This document shows, one piece after another, positions 39,301-49,862 of a stretch of DNA of 64,000 nucleotides. How positions within the stretch are numbered: the first letter of the stretch is position 1; each line of letters begins with the position of its first letter. A program made the translations under genes and the position numbers. A model generated the notes under the pieces. The model worked only from the letters and a program-made list of their open reading frames with translations. It had not been told where the DNA came from and searched no databases. This DNA is from Selaginella moellendorffii (taxonomy: Eukaryota > Plantae > Lycopodiophyta), in NCBI RefSeq assembly GCF_000143415.4, contig NW_003314276.1:171784-235783 (forward strand). The letters are read 5' to 3'.

Positions 39301-41712
39301 TCGAGATCAGAGGCGTTTGATTTGAAAAGGAAGAAGGGCAACGAAAAGATGATAGGTAATTCCTCGCGGTTATGGCGTGTGTGCTCATGCCATTCATTGC
39401 AGATCAAGGGCTGAGTGAAAGCAGGCAGTCACCACCTCATGACTCAGATTCCTATGGCGGACTCCCCCTCCCCAATCTCAATGGAGAGGTACAATGGATG
39501 AGGGAAGCTTTTCAAGTCAAGGCCACGTTTTTCTCATCTCGTCGTCTTCGAAGGGTGCAAGAACGTGCAGAAACCATGTTAAGACAGTCGGGTGAGGATA
39601 CGGTCCTAGGTCACGCACTAAAACAGGCTATGGATGTCTTGTATTTTGAGATGGAGACTCGGCCAGATGATTTTCCCAAGATGGTCCTGGAAGAACAAGC
39701 CATCCAGCCTGAGCAGCCTATGGAAGAAATGCAGGAGGGGGATGAGGAGCCAAAGAAAGATAATGAGCAGGAAGAGCAGAAGGACGAAGAGGAGGACAAA
39801 GAAGAGGAGGACGAAGAAGAGGAGGACGAAGAGGACTTGGATGGTCCTCACAATGGTGACAATCACAATAACGACGACGACGATGATGACGACGATGGCC
39901 AGCCTGAGGTGGCCAAAGAGCAGCAGAGGAAGGTCATACAAGACAAACCATCAGGTAAATAATAATACATCCATTCCTAACCTTTTACCATTTCTAACAT
40001 TGTCCATGTAGGTCGCAGAGAAAATGGTAAGTAGAGATTATTCAGTTGAATTTACAAACTCTAGCCTTTAGTGTCGAGGAAGGATAGTGCCAAGCAAGGG
40101 TCGAAACGTATGTCCAATCCTTCAGAATCAGCAGTGCGCCCAAGTGATATCGGTCCTAGTTCCTCAATAGCAGTTGATGGTAAATACAGTATAGTCGATT
40201 CAATGTGCTAATGAGTTTTTTTTTAGTAGCACGGGAGGATACCATCTCAATCGAAGGGAGATATTTGGACATGCATATGGATCCGCCAGTGGACTCTACT
40301 TGGCTGCAAGAGTCATCAGAGCTGGTGGAGGCTACTATCCATATCAACGCCAAGCAAGCTGACCACGCTCCACTTGATGCTGCCCATACCACTGAGTCAA
40401 TCTTGTCCACGTATCCAACTGACGGTGACCAGGCGCCATTGGACCCACATGAGGCCGCCCCAGCCGCCGAGCCGGTCGTATCCTCATTTCCAACGGACTC
40501 AACGTGTGCCCAATCGTTTGACTATGCGCCGTTGGAACCTCCCTACACCGCCCTTGCTGCCTGTTCGGTCATGTCCACTTTGCCAACGGAGGCACCAGCT
40601 GAAATGGCGTGTGATCACACGCCATCGGAACCACCCCATGCCACTGTTGAGCCAGTTGTACCAGAGTCTACAGCTGAAATGGCATGTGCCCACACGCCAT
40701 CGGATGCGATTGACCCCACATTGCAGAGGAGAGTATTTCTGCCCTTCACGTTTCCTCGACCAAAACCCTCTCAACATCCATCGGGAGCAACATTCGCTAA
40801 TATTGTAGATGGTAAAATTGACTTGTACCATTTTTTATGCTGACGCATTTCATTTCAGAGTCACGGCGAAGGTACTGTATCATTTTTGATCTGAACGGTG
40901 TCCTTTTCTCCCATGAGCATGGCTCGTCCTCGAATGTCATTGCACCCTCCAAAGCCTGCGGTTGCAAGTTGGTCAAAAGAGACAGATTCACATTAATCAC
41001 ACGGGAGAAACTGCGGGATCTAATAATGACCATGCGACACTTAAAATAGAGGGCCGGGTTCAATTTGCAATTGGGAGTTTGGACATCCATGATGCGCCAC
41101 AATGCATTAACGTTGCTACAGATGATGCACGATCAGACGCGAGTAATATTACCATTTGACTTTCTCCTAACGCAGGAGGATTGCTTGACTATGGTCCATG
41201 TGAGGGGTAGCAAGCCCATCTTCGTCAAGCCAGAGGCTGTAGTGATGAACCGGACTGCTAGCTCAAGTGAAATCCTCATCATCAATGACTCGCCGATTAA
41301 AACTGCAGCGAACACGCACACATATGCAGTGCACCCCATCTCTTGCAGTATGGAAACTAGGGAGAAGAAACCGTATGTTCTGGGGGACCTTGCAAAACGG
41401 CTTGGAGCGATGGTGATAGAGAACCGGCCAGTCCAGGAGGTGGCTGCAGAAATCAACCAAATGGCACATGGAACGGTATATCAGAAGCCATTTGATCGGA
41501 CAGACACCAGTCATCATTTATGGCATGTATATTGTCTAGCCAAGCACTATCCGCATCTCCATAATCTGCTCAACCGGATGGGTTCTTCGACCACTGAACA
41601 TGAGCGTGGACGTATTAGAGAAGAGATGGCATTACTATTGGGTTTAAATCCTGATAGTGTGGAGAGTGATGAAATTCCAAGATTATTGATAGGCGTTGGA
41701 GGCAAAAAATAA
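36341..41712 (+). pseudogene. Transposon cargo gene (~1,650 codons, 10 exons): ParB/Srx-like domain, degenerate amino-MTase-like region, acidic linker, FCP1/NIF-like HAD domain; one premature TAG at 41047-41049
   Basis: Exons 36341-37519, 37574-38897, 38948-39034, 39073-39162, 39212-39355, 39403-39954, 40012-40026, 40072-40179, 40227-40811 and 40859-41712 join in frame via GT-AG introns. Motifs NHRLVSDEWVEKL...YAVSGQHS...HAQN and IIFDLNGVL...GVWTS...IINDSPIK. The 5' end is uncertain. Confidence 0.72.
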
Positions 41713-42226
41713 CAGTCTGAGATGGCATGTATTTATTTAAAAATGTAACTTATTATGGCATGGGGTTCCATGCCATTGTATTAATATTAAAAGACAATTC
41801 TTTGAGAGGATTTGCATTATACTAGAAGTGTTACAGCATGTTATTGGAAGTCTACGAAGTTGTTTTATTAATAATGGGAAAGTAAAGATTGAATGGGGAC
41901 TTGGGCTCCACCTAGACTCGGAGCAACTGAGCCAATATTAAAAGGATCGAAAGAAATTGGACGACGCTGACAAGGAGAAGAGAGAGGTGAAGCAGTGGCA
42001 GGGGGAGGAGAAGTGATTGAGTAGACATTTCCTTGTTTAAAATAAAATGGCATGTGCCTCAATGCAGTTGAATTTTGTTATATTTATATACTATATAAAG
42101 GTTTGGAAACCTTATTTTACAAGTGGGATAATGACAATTCCCACTTTAACGAAATAGAGCTTCTTGTATGAGGAGGACTCTAGTGAGGAAACTTCCAAAC
42201 AGAAGTCCAGTGGTGAGGTTCGGTCA

Positions 42227-42575
42227 TTAATCCTCACCCTTCCTAGGGGCTTGGGCTTCCCTTCGGGATGGAAGTGGGGGGGTAGAGGTACCTATACCGG
42301 GACATTAGGCCACGGTCTTTTGCCTTGGCATCCCGAAGTGTTGCACCCAAGGCTTGGGAGTTAGAGGGTCCCATGATCAAGTCTTGTTGTACCAAGAGAT
42401 GTTAGGAATTTGGAGGCTTGGTGTGCTTTGCTACTTGTGCCTGCAAGGAGTAAACCTTAAGTCCAATCTAACCCGGGAAGGGGGATTGGCAGAGCTTTCC
42501 ATAAATAGCATTTGGTATTGGAATGAGACCAACACAAAAGGTATGATAGCTTCAGTGTTTGGCAAACATGGTAAG
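42227..42575. repeat. Fused LTR fragments: family A (42227-~42495), then a family B-like LTR that continues at 55933-~56217
   Basis: Similar to 2317-2598 and to 8763-9149. The B-like LTR is split at GTAAG by family D. Confidence 0.8.
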
Positions 42576-43069
42576 TGTCAAGACCCCCAACAACATCAAG
42601 ACTGGAAAATGCAAAGAACAAAGAGAAAAGCTAGTGGAAACAAAGAAGAAGCCTTAGACTGGTGTTGATTCAGATTGTGGAGAAATGGAACAAGGCTAAC
42701 CTATATATACTATAGGTTGATGAAGCTCCACCACTCTTGGATTAAGGACGGCCTAAATATAGCTGAGGTCGAGGAGGCGCCACATCATCATCAGGAATGT
42801 GGCTCAAGACTCAGGAATCGTATAGGAAATCAGAGAGTCAGGAATAAGGAAGAGTCTTGAGAGTCAGGAATAGGGAAGTGTCTCGAGAATCAGAAATGTG
42901 GTCTGCAAGTCAGGAATCCAGCGAGATGTAGGAATGTGGTATAAATTGGGGGATTCCTGACAGCACCCCCTCCTCAAGAATGAGTGGAACAAGGACGTGA
43001 ATGAGAATGAAGAGGAGGATGAGATGGGCGGCGAGGGATGGGAGATGGAGAAAAAGAATGAGGACTAGG

Positions 43070-46000
43070 ACGAGAAGGATAGTGGCGGTGGAAGTCCTGA
43101 ACAAGGTCAGGAGAATGAACCAGGTTGTCCGCAGGTTCCTAAATGCGTTCTTCAGGTCCATAACCCTTCCAGTTGACCAGATAGTAGAGTTTAGACCGTG
43201 AGATCTTGGAATCAAGGATGTCCTAAACCTCATACTCAGACCCATCCTCGAGCTGCACTGGTGGAGGCGGAGGAATGACCCAATTTGGAATAGGACTGGG
43301 AATATAAGGCTCAAGGAGAGAGGAGTGAAAAACGGGGTGAATTTGATATGAGGAGGGAAGTGCAAGGCGATAAGTAACAAGATTAATGATAGCAGTGATA
43401 AGAAAAGGACCGAGGTGTTTGAAATCGAGTTTGGGACATGGCCTGGTGGTGGAGATATTTCGCCTGAGGAGCCAAACTTTATCCCCAATATTGTAAGGGG
43501 GACAATCCTGACGATGGGCATTGGCAAATTTTTTGTGAGATTCCTAAGCACGATGGAGGTGGAAGAAGATGGAGTTGTGGATTTCCTAGAGGTTGGAGAC
43601 AAATGTCTCAGAGCGGGGATTTGAATGAGAGGATTCAGATGGAGAAGGAAGTGAGAGATTGAATCAGGGATTTCAGCCAGAGTTCACAAAGAAAGGGGAA
43701 ACTCGAAGAGAGGAGTGAACAGAGTTGTTTTAGGAGAACTCAGCAAGGGGAAGGATATCGAACCAGTCATCCTGATGATAGTTGATGAAGCACCTCAGGA
43801 ATTGTTCTAACGTCTGAATCGTTCGCTCGGACTGTCCATCAGTTTGAGTATAATACGCTGAAGAGAGGTTGGCCTTCACTCCAAGCAGCTACAAAAACCG
43901 TTGCCAGAAATGAGAGATGAACTAAGGTCCCCGATCCGAAACCACATCTGTAGGAATCCCATGAAGTTGGAAAATTTCCTTGAATACCAGTTTTGCCATG
44001 TTCTCGCCCGAAAACTCCTTGGTAAACGGCAGGAAGTGTGCCATCTTTGTGAAGTGATCCACCACGACTAAAATGCTGTTGAAGCCTCCAAAACTCGAAA
44101 GATCACTCAAGAAATCCATGGAGATGGATTCCCAAGGACCTGAAGGGAGCGGGAGGGAACGAAGCAAACTTAAAGGAAGGTGGTGAGGTACCTTATTTTG
44201 GGCGCAAGTGTCATAGGAGGTAACAAAAGTTTTGATGTAGTCGTCCATGTGAGGCCACCAAAAGTCCCGTGCAACCAGCTCATAGGTCTTTGCGATACCG
44301 AAGTGACCAGTAGTCTGGCTATCGTGGCATGCCATCAGGACCAACCTTCGAGCATCACCTTCAGGAACATAAAGCTGCTCCCCACGGTACAACAAGCCAT
44401 CTAAGAACTCGAACTCGTCAAATCGCCGGCAGTCGAGAGTAACTGGGTGTTCAGCTTGAAGATGGGGGAAAATGTTGCTGGTGTGGTCATCGGATTGAAG
44501 ATCGTTTCTGATTGCATCCATCAAGGACGAATCCTGACGGGCCAGGGAAATTGCCATAACTTGAAGCCGATCAGGACCGAGGATAACTTGATCCTGTTGA
44601 TTGAAGGCAGGATTACCAGGCCTAAGACTAAGATAGGAGCGCCTTGAAAGAGCATCAGGAAGGCCTTGAAGCTTTGTAGGTCTGTACTTGATAACAAAGT
44701 CAAACTAACTCAGGAATTGTGCCCATCTTGCTTGACGACAGCTCAAAACTCGGGAAGTGGCAAAGTACTCAAGATTTTTGTGATCCGTCCAGACTATTGT
44801 TTGATGGCTCGCCCCCTCCAAGAAACAGCGCCACTCTCCAAAGGAATCCACGATGCCAAGGAGCTCCTTGTCGTGGATTTCGTAATTGATCTCCGCAAGC
44901 TCGAATTTCCATGAATGGAAAGCGACTGGATGAAGTTCGTGATCTGCTCCAAGTTGAGACAGCACAGCACCAATGGCAAAGTCGTAGGCGTCAGCCTCAA
45001 TGAAGAAAGGTTGTGAGGGATCAGCGTGGATCAAGAGGGGAGCAGAACTGAAGGCCACCTTGAGTGTGTCAAAGGCCTACTGGGCAGCAGCAAACCAAGA
45101 GAAGGGAAAATCCTTGCGAGTGAGATGCGTGAGAGGAAGGACAATGTCAGAGTAGTGATCAATGAATTTGCGGTAGAAGTTGGCGAAGCCAAGGAAAACC
45201 TGAACGTCCGACATTGATTGTGGAGGCTCCCATTCGAGAATAGTCTTGATTTTGGTAGGATCCATCGTGATACCCTCAGGAGTGACAATGTACCCAAGGA
45301 ACTCCACAGATTGCTGATCGATCGCATATAGGCCGTGTTCTCGCAGCTTCGCCAGCACCTTGCATACATGCTCGTCATGCTCCTCCTGAGTTTTTGAGTA
45401 GATGAGGATGTCATTGAGGTAGACGATCACCATCTAATCAAGAAACTACCAAAAGACATCGTTCGCCATGTGTTGGAAAACTGCTGGAGCATTTGTCAAG
45501 CCAAATGGCATGGCAGTGTACTCGAAGTGGCCATAGTGGGTTTGGAACTCAGTCTTCCATTCATCACCAGGCCGGATCCGGATCAGGTTCAGGTTGTATG
45601 CTCCACGGAGGTTGATCTAGGTGAAGAAGCGGGCACCGCCAAGGCGTTCCAACAGGTTCGAGATTAGGGGCAGCGGATAATGGTTCCGAACAGTCACCTT
45701 GTTCAAACCTCGGTAGTCGATGATTAGCCGCAAACTCCTATCCTTCTTCTTGACAAATAAGACAGGCGCTCTAGCCAGGGACTGCAAATGTTGAATGTAC
45801 CCCGAGGCAAGGTTCTCATCCACGTACTCTTTGAGGGCCTTAAACTCGGACGGGGATAACCCGTAGATAGGCCCCCACGGAGGTGACACTCCTTCTTGTA
45901 AATCAATGGGACAGTCATAAGGCCGATGAACAGGCAGTACACTAGCTTTTTTCTTGTCAAACACATCCCCAAAATCATGATACTTCTTAGGAAGACTGAC

Positions 46001-47701
46001 AGGAGAAACATGCAAAGCAAAAAGGAAAATAGCTTCTTCATGAAGGAGTTCTTTCATAGTGATTGTGGAGATAGGAGGAGGCATATGACTAAATGGAATG
46101 ATGAGACGAGGATACTGTCCAGTGTAAGATGGAAGAGAGGGAAAAGAAGAGGGTGAAAACTTCGTAGAGTCAACAATAGAACCTCGATTTGAGTTTAGGG
46201 AACTTTTCCTGATTCGGACTTGATGAACAGCAGGGGAAGCCATGGGAGATGGTGATGTGGGAGAGATGAGCTGTAATTCCTTCCAACAGACCTGAGGCTG
46301 ATGTAGTTGGAACCAAGGAAGACTGAGCACCACAGAGGAGGACTTGCTGTTGATGATGTTGAAGGCGATATCGGTGACGGTGGACCCGATGTGTACTCGA
46401 AAAGGCAACGTTTCCCTAAGTCAAAAAGATGGAGACACAAAATGCTTGCCAATGCCTTCAACCCTCAGATCCCGTATGGTAGGAGAAAGAGGAACGTGAT
46501 ATCGGGCAGCAAAGTCCGTGTCCATGAAGCAGAAAGTTGCACCTGAGTCCAGTAGCGCTAGAGCCTTGAGTCCTGATTGTCCGGTGAAAGAAAGGAGACA
46601 TGGGACGCGGAAGTTGCAGGAATTGGTGGTGGCTTTGATGAAAGGTGGTGAGGAGCTTGATAAAGAAGAAAAGTGATTTTTATTCGGGGAGTCCAAATAG
46701 ACAGCTCCTACTCTGTTTGGACAGGGTCGTTTCCCGACTACAACAAAGGTGGATTTTGAGGCAGAGTGAACTCGAGCAATTGGGGAGGCTTCTTGGGACA
46801 CATAGTTGCTTTGTGATTAGGATCAGCATAGTAGAGGTAAAGATTATGAGATATTCGACGTTGCTTCTCAGTAGGACTCAACTTCCCTTTGATGAGTCGG
46901 GGAGTACCAGAGATATCCATCAGGACCGGAGCAATAGGTTCAGGAGTATGCCCCGAAGACTCAAGCTGGGATTCCTGAGTCTGGGACGGAAAAACAGTGG
47001 CACGGTGACTTTCCTGACGACGCTCAAAGAGAGGATTGTCACATCGAACAGCTTTGTTGATGGCGTCCGAGAGGTCCTTGGGATCCTCCATGGTGAGCAA
47101 CAAATCCTTGACACTGTTGTTGAGGCTGAAACGAAATTGGTCAAATAAGGCCCGCTCATCCCACTGAGTGTCCAAAGCAAGGAGTTCAAACTCTGCAGCG
47201 TAGATCGAGGCAGGACGAGACCCCTGAGAGAGACGTCTCATCTTTGTGGTAGCAGCCCGAACATGATCCATCTCGCCAAAACATGCTTCGAGCTTCTCTT
47301 TGAACAATTGAAGATCCATTAGCTCTGGAACCATGACCCCTTTCATGCGGAGAAAACCATGACAAAGCTATACCTTCGAGCAACATCCCAATCACACCGA
47401 TTTGAGACTCGGGAGTGGGGTACTGCTGATGTTGAAGTGCGAAGATCAGCTCCATCTGGTTCAGGAATTCGCGAAGCTCCGAACGTTTGCCTGAAAATTT
47501 CACCAGGAAACTCACCTTCGGTTCAGGAACTTTGCTGGATCCTTGAGCCAAAAGTGAGGCAAGCTCCTGCTGCATGCGAAGAAGGGTCGCCTTCAGCTCG
47601 GTATTCTCAGACTGGATTTTTGCAAGGACTTCGGCAAAGAAATAAGGATGGCTTGGAGACTCCATCGGCAGAAAGAAAGAAAAAGGGGGAAAAAAAGGCA
47701 A
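43070..47701 (-). pseudogene. Frameshifted gag-pol of family D with chromodomain
   Basis: Motifs [75 protein letters not shown] and YLVNWKGYGPEE. Confidence 0.88.
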
Positions 47702-49091
47702 AGGCAGTCAAATAATCAAAATGAGCTAAAGGAAAAAAAACAATCTGAATCAAACTGTCAAGACCCCCAACAAGATCAAGACTGGAAAATGCAAAGGACA
47801 AAGAGAAAAGCTAGTGGAAACAAAGAAGAGGCCTTAGACTGGTGTTGATTCAAATTGTGGAGAACTGGAACAAGGCTAACCTATATATACTATAGGTTGA
47901 TGAAGCTCCACCACTCTTGGATTGAGGACGGCCTAAATATAGCTGAGGTCGAGGAGGTGCCACATCATCATCAGGAATGTGGCTCAAGGCTCAGGAATCA
48001 TACAGGAAATTAGAGAGTCAGAAATAGGGAAGAGTCTCGAGAGTCAGGAATAGGAAAGTGTCTCGAGAATCAGGAATGTGGTCTGCAGTGTAAGCGACTA
48101 AATTTTCCATTCTACTTTAGTCACTTAACCATACCTCCGACCACTTGGAGGAGTCTCATTCACAACCTCCATCAGTCCAATTCAGGACTTGGGGCTTGCT
48201 AGCCCCAAGAATGGCATCCATGCCACTCAACACTTGCACCTGGTCCAAGTGCTCCACGTGTCCGGTCCCAAGACCGACACCCAAAGGTACCATTGACATC
48301 TCAGCCTGTTACGCTAAGGCCATGCCCATTCACCTTTGCTGCACTAGTGGTCCAATACCACTTGCATCACCATCCCATCTCTCCAAGACTGGGCCATCTG
48401 TCCACGAGTGGTCATCCTAGATCCACTCCTTAGCATCCTTAGGATGCCCACAAACCTGGGGAATCACCTTCCCCAAAGTCCCTTTGTCAGTCCCTACCAA
48501 GTCCCTTTCTGCCCCTAGCCGTGTTTGCCAACACTGCCACTGGATCGAGGCCCACAGGCCCGACCACTAAGTCCCATGGTCCTCTGGGACTTCCTCACCA
48601 CACGACTGTGTCCTTGGTCACTACCCCAGAGGACTGCTCCTCTTCCTTTCCACAGTCTAGGCCTTTGGGACAACATTCCGGAACACCGTGGCCTTATGCG
48701 AGCCACCTGGGTACTCTCCCCGCCTTTTGCCTTTAGGTGCTCTAGCCATGGGCTTAGAGCGAGGTTCCGTTGAGCCACGCCTGGTATCCAAGTAGGTAGT
48801 GCCACCCACACTTGGACTGGGAGCATCGGCCAGTCGATCTCTCGGGGGAACTAGAGCTGGCTCTTGAACACTTCACCAAGCTACCCCGCTTGTCGGTCCA
48901 TGTTCACTCTAGTCTTGGACTTCCCAGTGGTCAGTTCATCACCCAACACTGGGTCTGGCCTTCCTGGGCCAAACTGGCCTTTCCTGGCCAAACTGGCTCC
49001 ACTGCAGTCCTCCCCCTTACTATACTTTTGGAGCTCACCAAACCCCCCAGGGTCTGGGAGACGAACGCTTTGGGCTTTCACCCTCTCAGAC

Positions 49092-49862
49092 TTGAACTCG
49101 GACTCGGACTCGGACTGGGACTGGGACTGGGACTGGGACTCGGACTCGGACTCGGACTCGGACTCGGACTCGGACTCGGACTCGGACTCGGACTCGGGCT
49201 CGGGCTCTGTCTCAGCCTTGGCCTCGATCTCGGTCTCGGTCCCGGTCTCGGTCTCGATCCCGGTCTCGGTCTCGGTCTCGGTCTCAGTCCCGGTCTCTGT
49301 CTCGACCTCGGACTCCATCTCGGGTCCTTCTCGGACTCCATCTCGGACTCCATCTCGGACTCCGTCTCGGTCCATCTCGGACTCCATCTCAGACTCCATC
49401 TCGGACTCTGTCTCGGGTCCATCTCGGACTCCATCTCGGTTCACCTCGGACTCCACTTTGGGTCCATCTTGGACTCCATATCGGACTCCATCTCGGACTC
49501 CACTTCGGGTCCATCTCGGACTCCATCTCGGACTCCACTTCGGACTCCATATCGGACTCCACTTCGGGTCCATCTCGGACTCCATCTCGGACTCCATCTT
49601 GGGTCCATCTCGGACTCCATCTTGGTCCACCTCGGACTCCACTTCGGGTCCATCTCGGACTCCATCTCGGACACTTCCACGTGTCATGTGTTGGTCCTTT
49701 TTGGTCTCGGTCCACCTCGGACTCCATCTCGGACTCCATCTCGGGTCCATCTCAGACTCCATATCAGACTCCATCTCGGACTCCACTTCGGACTCCATAT
49801 CGGACTCCACTTCGGGTCCATCTCGGACTCCAACTAGGGTCCGTCTCGGACTCCATCTCGGA
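49092..49862. repeat. (GACTCG)n and GGACTCCATCTC-type minisatellite inside the family C 3' LTR
   Basis: Visible tandem hexamer and 12-mer units. Confidence 0.92.

Larger units (their letters stand above)
31583..42068. repeat. Dispersed 22-bp palindrome ATGGCRTG-N6-CAYGCCAT (~19 copies)
   Basis: Starts at 31583, 31899, 31952, 33293, 33350, 35196, 35266, 35364, 36127, 36204, 36264, 37541, 39040, 39181, 39372, 40604, 40679, 41755 and 42047. Some are degenerate or half-sites. Confidence 0.9.
31357..42162. mobile_element. 10.8-kb cut-and-paste DNA transposon, Sola-like, with two divergent genes
   Basis: TIRs AAGCTCTATTTCGTTGAAGTGGGA (31357-31380) and its reverse complement at 42139-42162, with 1 mismatch. 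4-bp TSD CTTG at 31353-31356 and 42163-42166. The empty site is visible in the paralogous gag at ~7850-7870. Confidence 0.92.

Noticed and set aside
31583-42068. CRISPR-like reading of the 22-bp palindromes
   Set aside because: Spacing is irregular (50 bp to >1.5 kb), there are no uniform spacers or cas genes, and the context is eukaryotic.
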